Below are positions 19,960 through 30,135 of a DNA stretch of 64,000 nucleotides, piece by piece. The stretch is from a virus (lineage: Duplodnaviria > Caudoviricetes). The notes under the pieces were generated by a model. That model worked only from the letters and a program-made list of their open reading frames with translations. It searched no databases and was not told the DNA's origin. Position numbers and translations under genes: made by a program. The stretch lies in the IMG/VR virus record IMGVR_UViG_3300010429_000387, positions 32,001-96,000 of that record; one strand, given 5' to 3'. Positions within the stretch are counted from its first letter, which is position 1; each line of letters starts with the position of its first letter.

Positions 19960-20750
19960 TGAACCACCTCACCCTTGAGCAACTGGCTGTTCGAGTAGCC
20001 ACCCGGTACTTGGAGGCCAGGATCTCCCCTCAGCAGAGGCGGAAGGAACTTCGGGAAGAGAAGAACGACTTCACCGAGAAGAACATCCCTCCAGAGCACC
20101 TAGCCCTTTGGCGAAAGGTCAAGAACCAGTTCAAAGGAACTCCTGACCAAAGAGCCGAACGGTTCATGGAGTACGTCGAGGAGCACCCAGGAGAGAGTGA
20201 GCGAGTGCTCCAAGAGAATGCGGACAAGTACGTGTCCAAGATGCTCCGGGAGCAGGACAAGGAGTACCGTGAGCAGCGGAAGAAAGAGAAGGAGTGCGAG
20301 AAGATCCAGGACAAGTACGAGACTGCTTGGTACAAGGAGCAGGAGCGGGCGACCAGGGAGAAGCACAAGCTCAACCAACTGAAAGAGATGGCAGACGCCT
20401 GTCTCAAGAATTGCCCAACCTGCAACTGGGGGGACGCTGGGAAGAGCACCTACGATGATGAGGTTCCCTTCGCTTGCGCTGCTTCTGTAAAGCGGGCCTC
20501 CTTCTTCAACGTGGGGGACATCATCCTCTACGGCAAGTACAAGAACAAGAAGGGCCGTGTTGTCAGCTTCGGATCGGACAAACATGGGAACCCAACTGTC
20601 GAGATCGAGCCGATCCCCAAGGGTAGGAAGCAGAACAAGGTGTTTGGCCTCTACAAGATTTGGCACGTTCCAGCGGATCCCAAGGTGGCCTCGGAGGTCC
20701 TTCTTGTGAACAATGTGGTCGCTCGGTTCCTGGGCGACGAAACTGAATGA
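19959..20750 (+). CDS. hypothetical protein with coiled coil and KOW/SH3-like C-terminus
   Basis: FNVGDIILYGKYKNKKGRV. Confidence 0.55.
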   Translation: MNHLTLEQLAVRVATRYLEARISPQQRRKELREEKNDFTEKNIPPEHLALWRKVKNQFKGTPDQRAERFMEYVEEHPGESERVLQENADKYVSKMLREQDKEYREQRKKEKECEKIQDKYETAWYKEQERATREKHKLNQLKEMADACLKNCPTCNWGDAGKSTYDDEVPFACAASVKRASFFNVGDIILYGKYKNKKGRVVSFGSDKHGNPTVEIEPIPKGRKQNKVFGLYKIWHVPADPKVASEVLLVNNVVARFLGDETE

Positions 20751-20798
20751 AGCTCTTGTAAGGGGGCTTGACCTGTTCCCCTGTTTGGAGGTCAAGAG

Positions 20799-21206
20799 AT
20801 GGGACAGTTGTCGAGCGCCGGGCTCCACCTCATTGTTGATGGCTACGTGGAAGACCCCTCTGTTTTCACAAGAGAAACGATTGAAGCGTTGCTCGCTCAG
20901 ATCGTCTCGGCTCTTGACATGAAGGCCCTGGACCTGCCCCACGTCTACGAAGTTCCAGTAGACCCGGAGGTACTTCGCCGGGTTCAAGAGACAGGGAAGT
21001 TCGAGGATGAGGGTGGGATCACAGCCATCTGTGTGATCTCCACCAGTCACCTGAGCATCCATTGCTGGCCCCTTCAGAAGTTCTTCAGCCTGGATGCGTT
21101 CTCCTGCAAGAACTTCAACGCTGACCTGGCCTACAGCATCATCAAGGAGATGCTCCGGGTCGAGAAGGCCAACGTGACCGTGGTCCAGCGAAGGCGTCCC
21201 ACCTAG
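20799..21206 (+). CDS. speD: S-adenosylmethionine decarboxylase proenzyme
   Basis: GLHLIVD, GGIT...STSHLSIHCWP, DAFSC. Confidence 0.85.
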   Translation: MGQLSSAGLHLIVDGYVEDPSVFTRETIEALLAQIVSALDMKALDLPHVYEVPVDPEVLRRVQETGKFEDEGGITAICVISTSHLSIHCWPLQKFFSLDAFSCKNFNADLAYSIIKEMLRVEKANVTVVQRRRPT

Positions 21207-21562
21207 CCCGCTGGGAGGGGATCTGGCATCAAGTCCAATCTGACTGCCAAGATGGTCCTTCGGCCCTCTCTGAGGGCTTTCACGAGCCGATGGCACCCAT
21301 CTGCTATACAACCTCTTGGGGTCAGGATGATGGGGTAGCTCAGGTCCGCATCCCGGACCCGGTCCCCATGCTCCAGGATCTCCCGAACGGACAAGGGACC
21401 ATCGGCCCAGCAATGGCTATCGAGTAGGCAATCCAGGTCAGCAATCTCGGATAGGGGCATCTCAACTGGGGCGTAGTCGGAAGCAGCCTTCCACAGATCG
21501 ACCACGTCCCAGGTATGCTCCCCGTCCGAGTAGGTGTGCTGGTGGTTGGAGGTGTCCATCAC
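21203..21562 (-). CDS. ParB/Srx-like N-terminal domain protein
   Basis: ADLSYPIIL...IADGCHRLVKA. Confidence 0.65.
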   Translation of the reverse strand: MMDTSNHQHTYSDGEHTWDVVDLWKAASDYAPVEMPLSEIADLDCLLDSHCWADGPLSVREILEHGDRVRDADLSYPIILTPRGCIADGCHRLVKALREGRRTILAVRLDLMPDPLPAG

Positions 21563-22224
21563 CGCTTCTTCGTCTTACTTTCTCGCCTCCGCTCTCGGAG
21601 GGCAGCTTTGATGTGCTTCATAGCCTTTGCCATCTCGAAGCTCGGGATGGCCTTGTGGATGGTCTTGCCATCCAGGTGGTCCATCTCGTGCTGGACCACC
21701 ACACCAAGGCGTCCACGGGCTTCCATGACCTGCCTGTAGCCATTCATATCGAGGAACGACACCTTGACCGCCCGGTAGCGTTCGACCTTCCCAGAGGCCC
21801 CTGGGAAGGACAGACAGCCCTCTTCCGAGGTGTGCCTCCCGAAGCCATCCAGGTCCTCGACGGGCTCAATCTCTGGGTTGATGAAGATGTGAGGGTCCGA
21901 GTTGTTGGTCCCCGTGACCCAGTTCACGTCTGCCACGAAGACCCGGATGAGCTTCCCTACCTGGGGGGCAGCTAGCCCGATCCCGCCCTCGACCATCATG
22001 GTCAGGAGCATATCCTTGGCGAGCTGCCGAACAGCATCGTTGACCTCGAAAACAGGGGCACAGACCTTGTTCAGAATCTCATCCGGGAAGAACCGGATGG
22101 GGAGTCGGTTGACCTTGCCCGAGTCGTGATGCTCATGCTGGGAGCAATCATGCCCGAGATGCTCCTCAGATGCTCCCGCCATGCAGAAAGAAGCTAGGGT
22201 TGGGTTGACGTGTCGGAAGTTCAT
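21559..22224 (-). CDS. def: peptide deformylase
   Basis: GIGLAAPQVG, EGCLS, QHEMDHL. Confidence 0.93.
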   Translation of the reverse strand: MNFRHVNPTLASFCMAGASEEHLGHDCSQHEHHDSGKVNRLPIRFFPDEILNKVCAPVFEVNDAVRQLAKDMLLTMMVEGGIGLAAPQVGKLIRVFVADVNWVTGTNNSDPHIFINPEIEPVEDLDGFGRHTSEEGCLSFPGASGKVERYRAVKVSFLDMNGYRQVMEARGRLGVVVQHEMDHLDGKTIHKAIPSFEMAKAMKHIKAALRERRRESKTKKR

Positions 22225-22847
22225 TTGTCCTCGAACTGCTCGTAGGAGTGCGAAGCTACTGCACCCTTGGCCGTGTCACCCTTGTAGTGCCCATCGTAGA
22301 GGGTGACCTCTCCCATGATGGTATGAAACCGAACCTGGCAAATCCGCTGCCGAGCGTAGACCTTGACTGGGTGAAGGGCCATGACCTCAAGGGTGTAACA
22401 ACCATCAAAGCCTGGATCGATATACCCCGCCGTGACGTGAACAGCGATGAAGAGTCTTCCGATGCTCGACTTTCCGTCCACCACGGGCACAAAATGGTCG
22501 GTCCTCACACGCTCGTGAGTGTGCATCAAGTATCCGACCCCAGGCTTCAGAAGCCAACCCTCATCCTTGATCTTGAACGACTTGGTTGGGTTGGGTTTCT
22601 TCGAGTCCAGATAGTGAGTTCCTGGGTGAATCCCGGTCAACGGTTGAATGTGCCTGCCATCAAAGGTACCCGGAGCAGAGACCTCCTCATGGAGGTAGTT
22701 CACGTCTTCGTAGACCCTGACTTCTTCTCCGAGAGTCAGGTCATACGATACCGGGTTCAGTTGGGCCGGTGTGAAGGGGTCGATGAAGATGGCCCCCTCA
22801 CGAACGGCCTTCTGAATCGCCCTACCCGACAAGACTCCGTGTGTCAT
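22221..22847 (-). CDS. dcd: dCTP deaminase
   Basis: QLNPVSYDLTLG, GKSSIGRL, TAGYIDPGFDG.YTLE. Confidence 0.92.
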   Translation of the reverse strand: MTHGVLSGRAIQKAVREGAIFIDPFTPAQLNPVSYDLTLGEEVRVYEDVNYLHEEVSAPGTFDGRHIQPLTGIHPGTHYLDSKKPNPTKSFKIKDEGWLLKPGVGYLMHTHERVRTDHFVPVVDGKSSIGRLFIAVHVTAGYIDPGFDGCYTLEVMALHPVKVYARQRICQVRFHTIMGEVTLYDGHYKGDTAKGAVASHSYEQFEDK

Positions 22848-23025
22848 GGGCCTTCAATACACCAAGGTCGGTTCAGAGAAACCTCAGAGGGGGTGGGTCT
22901 CGAAAACCTCATGCCTCGGAGTCGTGTGGTTTTCGATAGGTGAGTGTAGGTCTGAGTGCTACTGAAAGTGAGCTTTCGTCTGGGTCATGGTTGAAGAAAA
23001 GCCCCCCGATTCGTTGTACTTGAGG

Positions 23026-23247
23026 ATGAACATCGCTTCCCTGACGATTCCCCAGGTCCGGGTGCTCCTCAACCGAGAGGGGCTGCCTTCGGACATCGAG
23101 ACTGCAAGCCGGGTAAGGCAGGCAGCTCGAACGGGGAAGCTGGTCTGGAGCAAGGACCAAGTGACCATCAATGGGAGGCGACTCAGCCCTCTGGAGAGCA
23201 CACATGACCCAGTTCGCACCTATGACCAAGCGAGTCCCCGAGGGTAA
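23026..23247 (+). CDS. hypothetical protein
   Basis: short ORF upstream of the methyltransferase-like gene. Confidence 0.35.
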   Translation: MNIASLTIPQVRVLLNREGLPSDIETASRVRQAARTGKLVWSKDQVTINGRRLSPLESTHDPVRTYDQASPRG

Positions 23248-23794
23248 GAAGGGGCTTGCCACAATCAAGCACCTCACGATCACCAAGAAGGACGAAGACT
23301 TCATGCGCCTTCGGGCGGTCATCACTGGGGGCCGGGAGATCCCGACGCCAGCCGGGGACTACTGCCAGCTCTTCGTGGGAAGCACGCTCATGATGAGCGA
23401 CACCACGATGGAGAAGATGTCGAACCGGGAGGTGGTCCGGCAGTCCAGAGGCCACGTCTTCATCGCTGGCCTGGGCATCGGGATGATCCTGGTCCCCATC
23501 CTCGCCAAGACCGAGGTCACGAAGGTCACCGTGGTTGAGAAGTACCAGGACGTGATCGACCTGGTTGCCCCGAACTTCGAGGACCCCCGCCTCGATCTGG
23601 TTCAGGCGGACATCTTCGAGTACGCACCCCCTGCCAAGACGAAGTACGAGACCATCTACTTCGATATCTGGCCCGAGATCAGTGGGGACAACTTGGAGGA
23701 GATGAAGCGTCTCGAAACCAAGTTCCGACGCTTCAAGGCCAAGGGTGGCTGGATGGACTCCTGGGCCAAGTCCGGGTGCCGCTACCGCTGGTGA
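23204..23794 (+). CDS. SAM-dependent methyltransferase / spermidine-synthase-like protein
   Basis: MMSDT..E, VFIAGLGIG, VTVVE, YFDIW. Confidence 0.75.
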   Translation: MTQFAPMTKRVPEGKKGLATIKHLTITKKDEDFMRLRAVITGGREIPTPAGDYCQLFVGSTLMMSDTTMEKMSNREVVRQSRGHVFIAGLGIGMILVPILAKTEVTKVTVVEKYQDVIDLVAPNFEDPRLDLVQADIFEYAPPAKTKYETIYFDIWPEISGDNLEEMKRLETKFRRFKAKGGWMDSWAKSGCRYRW

Positions 23795-23989
23795 CTACCG
23801 CTTCTTGAAGCGTAGGTCCACCAGCATCAGGACCCCGAGAATCACGGTCACACCCAGGTTGAGTCCAGACCAGATTCCGAAGTCGTGCCAGCTAACAGCC
23901 CCTCGGATCCGCAGAAAGATCCCCAGGGCTAAGGCAATGGCCGAAAAGGTGAAGAGGGCATGGATGACGATGGCTGCAACCCTTGGCAT
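23795..23989 (-). CDS. small two-TM membrane protein
   Basis: two hydrophobic helices, basic C-terminus. Confidence 0.5.
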   Translation of the reverse strand: MPRVAAIVIHALFTFSAIALALGIFLRIRGAVSWHDFGIWSGLNLGVTVILGVLMLVDLRFKKR

Positions 23990-24002
23990 GGGTACCTACC
24001 TC

Positions 24003-24299
24003 TTAGGCTGAGGGGGCAGCTCGACCAATTCCCAGGTCCATCAGGGCGTGTAGGAAAAGGGTGGAGAGAGTGTCGTCAGACTCCTTCCAGGGAAGTTGAA
24101 TGACGAGCTTTCTCGACTTGGCAAACCCATCAGTGAGCTTCTGAAGGGCCTGACGAACGGTCAGTGGACTTGGAGCCTCAGCCATCTCCAAGATCATCTC
24201 TGCTGGAGAACCCCTGTAAATACGATAACTCCCGCTTGGGATCCAGATGGCCCTAGGGAGGGGGTCAGTCAACTTTGCGTTGCAATAGGTGTCGTTCAT
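24003..24299 (-). CDS. hypothetical protein
   Basis: coupled ORF. Confidence 0.5.
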   Translation of the reverse strand: MNDTYCNAKLTDPLPRAIWIPSGSYRIYRGSPAEMILEMAEAPSPLTVRQALQKLTDGFAKSRKLVIQLPWKESDDTLSTLFLHALMDLGIGRAAPSA

Positions 24300-24616
24300 G
24301 CGACTTCAGTTCTTGGTGACCTTGTCAGGGCCAACTTCTTCTTTCCGACGCTATTTTTCACGGCTTTCCAAGTGGGTGCTACCCCAGTAGAGGCTATGGT
24401 CACGATCTGCCTCGAAGCACCAACAGCGTCGATGGTTACGCTGGTAACCCTAAATTCCCCGTTCACACGAAGCTCCTCAGTCCTACCTCCGTGCTTCCTT
24501 CTAAGAGTGATGCACAAGTTGATTCGGGTACCAATCGGAAGAGGGGCCGGAAGCTCGATGCGGACAGAGGGGGACTCCTTCAGATCCTCGAACTTTACAA
24601 TGCTAGGGCAAGTCAT
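24296..24616 (-). CDS. hypothetical protein
   Basis: AGGAG SD, coupled ORF. Confidence 0.5.
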   Translation of the reverse strand: MTCPSIVKFEDLKESPSVRIELPAPLPIGTRINLCITLRRKHGGRTEELRVNGEFRVTSVTIDAVGASRQIVTIASTGVAPTWKAVKNSVGKKKLALTRSPRTEVA

Positions 24617-25454
24617 CTGAAGGCTTCTCCTCTATGGTTGGCGGTAGAAGAACTCTAGTCGATCTACCCCGGAAGCGGGTCGCTGAAGCTCCTGTTCGGT
24701 CCTGGTGTAGACCGAACTTGCCAATGCGACCCATGGTTCAGTCACCTGTCTCTGTGCCCCCCTCGGGGGGACGAGGACCCCAGAAGCTCACTGGGATCCC
24801 CTCGAAAGACTTCCATGCCTTGGCTCTGGTTGGGTCGCTCCTCTCTTCGAGGACCACCGGAGAATCGTCCCCATCAACCTCAGAGGGTTTCTCCTCTGAG
24901 GGCCAGCCTTCGGCTGGTGCTCGGTCATCTGGGAGTGAGCTACGGATCCCCAGAGGCAACCTTGGTGGGAGAGAGAACGTTGGGGGGCAACCCAACGTCA
25001 CCTCTTTAGGCGAAGTAGTCCCAACAGAGGTCTTTGCTCCAATGATCCCTCAGAGGGTTCATGTATCACCTTGTACGGTGATGTATGTCTCCATCAGTAT
25101 GGATCATGATCTCTGTTATAGGATAGGTAGTTCTATCGAACTACCTATCCGAATTCGTGGCGAAGCCAAGGATCCAACAACCAGTACATCCACCAACACC
25201 AGTAATTTCAACCCCAACCTCACAACCAATGGAACCGTAACCATCCCCACTACCACCCCCAGTAGTAGTAGAGATGCCGCTGCTGCCTGAGACGAGACTG
25301 AGACCGAGGGACTGAAGTAGGACAAGAAGGATGAGCCTAAGGGGAGGACCCTCTTAGGGTAGGGTGAGATTTGCTCTGGATGAGCTGTCCTCTGGTGTTG
25401 ATCCGGAGGGAAGCCTCATGTGGAATGAACCTCAGTCCGGGGAGACCCTTGTCC

Positions 25455-25841
25455 ATGAATATCCGAGCACGCAAGGAGATCCCCCTATCGGACCAGGGGA
25501 AGTGCTCCTCTGTGTCAACTTGCTCCTCCTCGGGGGGATCAGCCTGTTCCTCTGGGCCGCCTCCAAAAGAGGACGGGGGGAGCTGGGCGATCATCGACCT
25601 GAGGACCGGTCGGCCTTACCTTCAGATCACCTGGACCGAAGAGCAAGCTCGTTGGGAGCTAGCCGAGCTTCTCCACCCCTATCCAGAGGGACATGAGTGG
25701 AGGACCAGGTTGGTGGTGCGGGAGTGGAAGAAGAGCCTCAGGAAGGGGGGCTCTGTGGACTGGGACGCCAAGCTAGCGTCGATGGGCTTCTCTCGTGAAG
25801 AAGGAGACGGCGTAGGTCCAGCAAATCGAAGGGTTGGTTGA
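25455..25841 (+). CDS. hypothetical protein (start uncertain)
   Basis: protein-like C-terminal half. Confidence 0.35.
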   Translation: MNIRARKEIPLSDQGKCSSVSTCSSSGGSACSSGPPPKEDGGSWAIIDLRTGRPYLQITWTEEQARWELAELLHPYPEGHEWRTRLVVREWKKSLRKGGSVDWDAKLASMGFSREEGDGVGPANRRVG

Positions 25842-26516
25842 GGTCCCGAACTGGGCACCCACCTCGTTGGCCCGCTCGAAGAACTTCTTGGCCTCTACAG
25901 GTCGGTCCTTGACCAGCATCTCCAGGGCCTTCGCCCAGAAGTTCAGGCTCAGCGTCTCGACGGCCCCATCGTCCTCTTCGGGCTCCGAGAAGTGCATCTG
26001 GTCGATGACCTGAAGCACCTCCTTGGAGCCGGAGCGGATCCAGTTGGCCCACCCGAGGGCCAGGGCCTCGAAGGTCTTCCTAGCCCAACGCCTCTCTGTC
26101 GGTACCCTAGGTAGCACGTCGAAGCGGTCCTCACCGAGGACCAGGGCCATGCAGAAGACGGTGAGCTGCCCCTCGAAGTGGGTCGGATCACCTGCCCTCA
26201 TGTTCAGTGCTTGGCGAACGCAAGCCACGGCTCGGTCGGCTGGACCCCCCTGGAACGCAGCGTCAAAAACGGCCTTCAGGGCCTCCATCTCGGCCAGGAT
26301 TGTCTGGACATCCTCGGAATCTTCGGGGAGATCGTCGAAGTCTTCGTCCACTTCCAAGCCCAGAAAGCACGAAACCTCCCGTGAAGGAGGTTTCGCTTGA
26401 AGAGGGTCGCCCCGTGTGGGCACACGGGGTTCTTCAGCGGATGTACTACGCTCACGGGGCTTGCGGGTCAAGGCTTTTTCGGCTCCTCGCATCGTCGTCT
26501 CTTTTTTGTTTGACAC
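25773..26516 (-). CDS. hypothetical protein
   Basis: long ORF with genome-typical codon use. Confidence 0.55.
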   Translation of the reverse strand: MSNKKETTMRGAEKALTRKPRERSTSAEEPRVPTRGDPLQAKPPSREVSCFLGLEVDEDFDDLPEDSEDVQTILAEMEALKAVFDAAFQGGPADRAVACVRQALNMRAGDPTHFEGQLTVFCMALVLGEDRFDVLPRVPTERRWARKTFEALALGWANWIRSGSKEVLQVIDQMHFSEPEEDDGAVETLSLNFWAKALEMLVKDRPVEAKKFFERANEVGAQFGTSTNPSICWTYAVSFFTREAHRR

Positions 26517-26647
26517 CGGTTAGCTGTGTAAGCTAAACCCCAAGCCTCGCTACTGCGCCCTTGTTCCGGCCTAGGCACCCGGAAATTTTCAGGTCGAGGT
26601 TGAAGGGCAACCCGCTGAAACGTTGTAGCAGAGAGAAGAGGGTCCCC

Positions 26648-27811
26648 ATGGCAGCAACTTCACGAACCAAGGCTTCTTTCGCTGACGTTCCGGACGACTA
26701 TGTCCCTCGGACGAACGACGATCTGTACCGCACCTACGCATCTTTCGTAGCCAGGCTGGTCACACGGTACAACCGGGTGACCTCGAACTACGAGGATTTG
26801 CTCCAGCATGTTTGGTACAAGCTGATCGAAGTTGACGTGATCGGCAAGTACAATGCGTCCGGGGGCTCCCTCCCGAAGAAGCTGACGGCCCTCCAGGCTT
26901 GCTCGCATCTTCAGATCACCTGGATTCAGTTCAAGAAAATCCTGCACCGGCATCGTGTGGGCGACAACCGCCACACTGACCGGGTTCGAGGGGTAGCGGA
27001 CGAACTTCGGGATCGGGTCTTCGAGCGGGACCATGGGGTCTGTGCCTGCTGTGGCAGCAACATGCACGAGTTTCAGGAGAAGATGGAGTTCGGACGCCTG
27101 AACCCTGACCTCCACCACACCAACAAGCACAACGGAAAGCAGTACACCCACGCTGAACTGATCAAGCTGCTGGGGATCTCTCCGAAGCAGAGGATCTTCT
27201 GGTATGCTGAAAAGGTGGGCAAGATCAAGCGTGGTGGGGATCATCTCCCCGCTTACCAGACCATCTGTTTCCGTTGCTGGAACAAGAAGAGCGATGGGGT
27301 CCAGAAGTCCAAGTCCGAGTGGGCACCCGCTCCGATAGAGGGAACCTGGGCTTCCAAGAAGGCCATGTACGCTCGTGAGGACATCGAGCGGCTCAAGATG
27401 ATGCGGGAGGGCCGCAAGGACCGCTGCAAGAAACACGTAGATATCGATCCCCTGGTGTTCCACACCAAGAGCTTCTTCAAGCTGTACCTGGCTCGGTCGG
27501 TCCACAACATCTACGCCAACTGGTGCCGAACAAGAGACCGTCGGTACAAGGAACACTTCCCTGGCATCGACGCTGAGTCGGGCAAGTCCTGGGAGGAGAC
27601 CTTGGAGGACCCGACGGGACCCCGTCAGGAAAACCTTCTGGCGGTCTACGAGGCTGCCAAGGTCATCGCCTACGGTGACCGGGACGGTGGCGGAGAGTCC
27701 AAGGTCCATGAAGAGGTCCTGGCCCTGGCTGCCGAGGGTCATACCCTGGCTGAAATCGTCCAGAAGCTCTCGCTGCCCAAGACGGCTCTCAAAGCCTTGC
27801 AGGGAGGATGA
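26648..27811 (+). CDS. sigma-factor-like protein with nested HTH and HNH-like Zn-domain insertion
   Basis: LYRTY..FV.RL....EDLLQHVW (sigma 2.1/2.2); RVFERDHGVCACCG..TICFRC; FKLYL.RSV.N..NWCR (2.3/2.4); EGHTLAEI (region 4). Confidence 0.6.
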   Translation: MAATSRTKASFADVPDDYVPRTNDDLYRTYASFVARLVTRYNRVTSNYEDLLQHVWYKLIEVDVIGKYNASGGSLPKKLTALQACSHLQITWIQFKKILHRHRVGDNRHTDRVRGVADELRDRVFERDHGVCACCGSNMHEFQEKMEFGRLNPDLHHTNKHNGKQYTHAELIKLLGISPKQRIFWYAEKVGKIKRGGDHLPAYQTICFRCWNKKSDGVQKSKSEWAPAPIEGTWASKKAMYAREDIERLKMMREGRKDRCKKHVDIDPLVFHTKSFFKLYLARSVHNIYANWCRTRDRRYKEHFPGIDAESGKSWEETLEDPTGPRQENLLAVYEAAKVIAYGDRDGGGESKVHEEVLALAAEGHTLAEIVQKLSLPKTALKALQGG

Positions 27812-27852
27812 GCGTGTAGGTGGTGATCCTCTTATCCCTCCAAGGGATTGAG

Positions 27853-28614
27853 ATGGACACCCGCCTACGCCTCATCCAAGCTGCCCACGACCTTCGCCGG
27901 ACTGTGTACGCCTCCTTGCCCTGGGGCTACCGTCTGGCTCGTGCCCTATTTCAGCTTCGCTTTGGCGGGAACGCAGAGGACCTTGGGCAGACCGCCTACG
28001 GCATCTTCTTGCTCCAGGGCGTTACCGGGATGCCCGAGACCCCCTTCACCCCGAAGCACCAGAGAGACTTCGGGAGGCTCCCCAAGAATTATGGGGCGGC
28101 TTTCGGCAAGAGGGTTGAGGGTGTTGCCAAGAAGTTCGTGGGTGGGAACAAGGAGGACCTTGAGGATCTCATGGCCTTCCTCTGGACGAAGTTGCTCTCA
28201 GATACGACTCTGAGGTCTTCGGTCAATGGTAAGTCCCTTGAAGAGGCTGAGAAGATCGTCATTCGTTCAATCCAGAACCTTGCAAAAGACTGGCTTCGTT
28301 ACGAGGGGCGTCGTCGGCATGATGACATCGACACCATGATCGAGAACCCCAGTTCGTGGGATGATCTTGGTGAGGCTCTCCCTGAGTTGGAGAAGAAGGA
28401 GATCATGCGGGATCTGGCTTCTATTGGCGGGGGCCAGATGAAGGGCAAGCTCCCGTTGTACTTCAGCCTCCTCCTGGAGGGCTACTCCAACGAGGAGATT
28501 CTCTCCCAGCAGTTGCTTGGGGAGGATGTCTCGATGTCCAATGCTGGGCTTGCCAAGTACCGGGACGCCATCAAGCAGGTGGTTGTGAAGCACCTGGCTG
28601 ACGGCTCAAACTGA
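27853..28614 (+). CDS. ECF-like sigma factor
   Basis: EDLEDLMAFLWTKL, IQNLAKDWLRYEGRRR, LLLEGYSNEEI. Confidence 0.55.
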   Translation: MDTRLRLIQAAHDLRRTVYASLPWGYRLARALFQLRFGGNAEDLGQTAYGIFLLQGVTGMPETPFTPKHQRDFGRLPKNYGAAFGKRVEGVAKKFVGGNKEDLEDLMAFLWTKLLSDTTLRSSVNGKSLEEAEKIVIRSIQNLAKDWLRYEGRRRHDDIDTMIENPSSWDDLGEALPELEKKEIMRDLASIGGGQMKGKLPLYFSLLLEGYSNEEILSQQLLGEDVSMSNAGLAKYRDAIKQVVVKHLADGSN

Positions 28615-28632
28615 TCGGTGTAGGCTCTCCTC

Positions 28633-30135
28633 GTGAGCCTACCAATCAACACCATCCTCCACGGTAAGTGCCTCGAAGTTCTCAAGACCATTGAGGATGA
28701 CTCGGTGGATTCCATCGTTACCGACGTGCCCTACGGCCTGGGTAACAAGGACCCCTCCGTCGAAGAGATCATCGCCTACCTTCAGGGCAGCTCTCTGGAT
28801 GTAGGTGGCGAGTTCATGAACAAGGACTGGGAACTACCATCGGTCCTGGTCTGGCGGGAGTGCTTCCGTGTCCTGAAGCCGGGAGGGTTCCTTCTGAGCT
28901 TTGCGGGTACCCGAACCCAGGACCTCATCTCGATTGGGATTCGGGCAGCGGGGTTCGAGAACCGAGACCTCATTGACGCTGAGATGGGGCCTCCTATTCT
29001 CCGATGGGTCCGAGCCCAGGGGATGCCCAAGAGTACAGACATCTCTAAGGCTATCGACAAAAAGTTCGGAGCTGAGCGAGAGGTGATCGGTACCAAGAAG
29101 GGGGTCGGAGGTGAGAATATCAATGATCTCGTTCGAGGGGGCGAGCGTGTACGAAGTACGACTGACCCAGGTGGTAAGGGAGTAGGAGCCTACGGGACTG
29201 GGGCAAAGCAGGTCTCGGTTGACATTCCGGTGACGGCTCCTGCTACGGATGCAGCCAAGGAGTGGTCCGGGTGGGGGACCGCCCTGAAGCCCTACTGGGA
29301 GCCCATCTTGATGTTCCGGAAGCCGGTTCGGGAGAGCACCGTGGTGGGGCAGGTCCTCAAGACCGGGACCGGGGGGATCAACATCGACGGCTGCCGGGTC
29401 AAACACTCCAGCCCCGAGGACTTCGCCAAGCACAAGGCTGGGGTCGATGCCATCAAGGCCAAGGGTGGGTCGATGGCAAACTCCTGGAAGAACAGCTCAG
29501 ACCTCAGTGGGGCCAACGAGGTGACCTCGGCTGGCAGGTTCCCACCCAACGTCATCATCGTTCACTCAGACTTGTGCAGGAAGATCGGGACGGAGTCTGC
29601 CTCGATGCCACCCATCAACCGCTTCGATGATGGGGCCAAGCCCTTTGGTGGTGGGGCAGGTCACCAGTACACAACGGTCGAGCGTGGGGATGAGGTGATC
29701 ACCCTCTGGAAGTGTCATCACTCTTGCCCGGTTTATCACCTGAACAAGTTCAACGAGGAGGCCAGCCGGTTCTTCTACAACGTGGACCCAGGCTCCTTGC
29801 TCTTCTACGTCCCCAAGCCCTCAGCCAACGAGAAGAACGATGGCCTGGAAGATGACGAGGAGAACGAGCACTCGACGGTCAAGCCCGTCCGCTTGATGGA
29901 GTACCTGGTCCGCCTTGTCACTCGGAAGGGTGGGGTCGTCCTGGATCCCTACTGTGGGTCGGGCACCACCTGTGTGGCGGCCGTGAATGAGGGGATGGAC
30001 TTCATCGGGATTGAGAAGGAGCTGCCCTCGGTCAAGACCGCTCAGGCTAGGACGGCCAAGGTCCTTCGAGAACGGAGCGAACGAGAGTCACAGAAGGAAG
30101 CATTCGACTTCTCGATGTCCCTTGAATCAGACTGA
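28633..30135 (+). CDS. N4/N6 DNA methyltransferase (beta class)
   Basis: VTDVPY, RVLKPGG, HSTVKP, VLDPYCGSGTT. Confidence 0.9.
   Translation: MSLPINTILHGKCLEVLKTIEDDSVDSIVTDVPYGLGNKDPSVEEIIAYLQGSSLDVGGEFMNKDWELPSVLVWRECFRVLKPGGFLLSFAGTRTQDLISIGIRAAGFENRDLIDAEMGPPILRWVRAQGMPKSTDISKAIDKKFGAEREVIGTKKGVGGENINDLVRGGERVRSTTDPGGKGVGAYGTGAKQVSVDIPVTAPATDAAKEWSGWGTALKPYWEPILMFRKPVRESTVVGQVLKTGTGGINIDGCRVKHSSPEDFAKHKAGVDAIKAKGGSMANSWKNSSDLSGANEVTSAGRFPPNVIIVHSDLCRKIGTESASMPPINRFDDGAKPFGGGAGHQYTTVERGDEVITLWKCHHSCPVYHLNKFNEEASRFFYNVDPGSLLFYVPKPSANEKNDGLEDDEENEHSTVKPVRLMEYLVRLVTRKGGVVLDPYCGSGTTCVAAVNEGMDFIGIEKELPSVKTAQARTAKVLRERSERESQKEAFDFSMSLESD

Noticed and set aside
20100-21413. Long antisense ORFs (also 5994-6914, 26660-27742, 48426-49631, 51625-52518, 59501-60322)
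   Set aside because: These are shadows of high-GC3 genes on the opposite strand and show no motifs.
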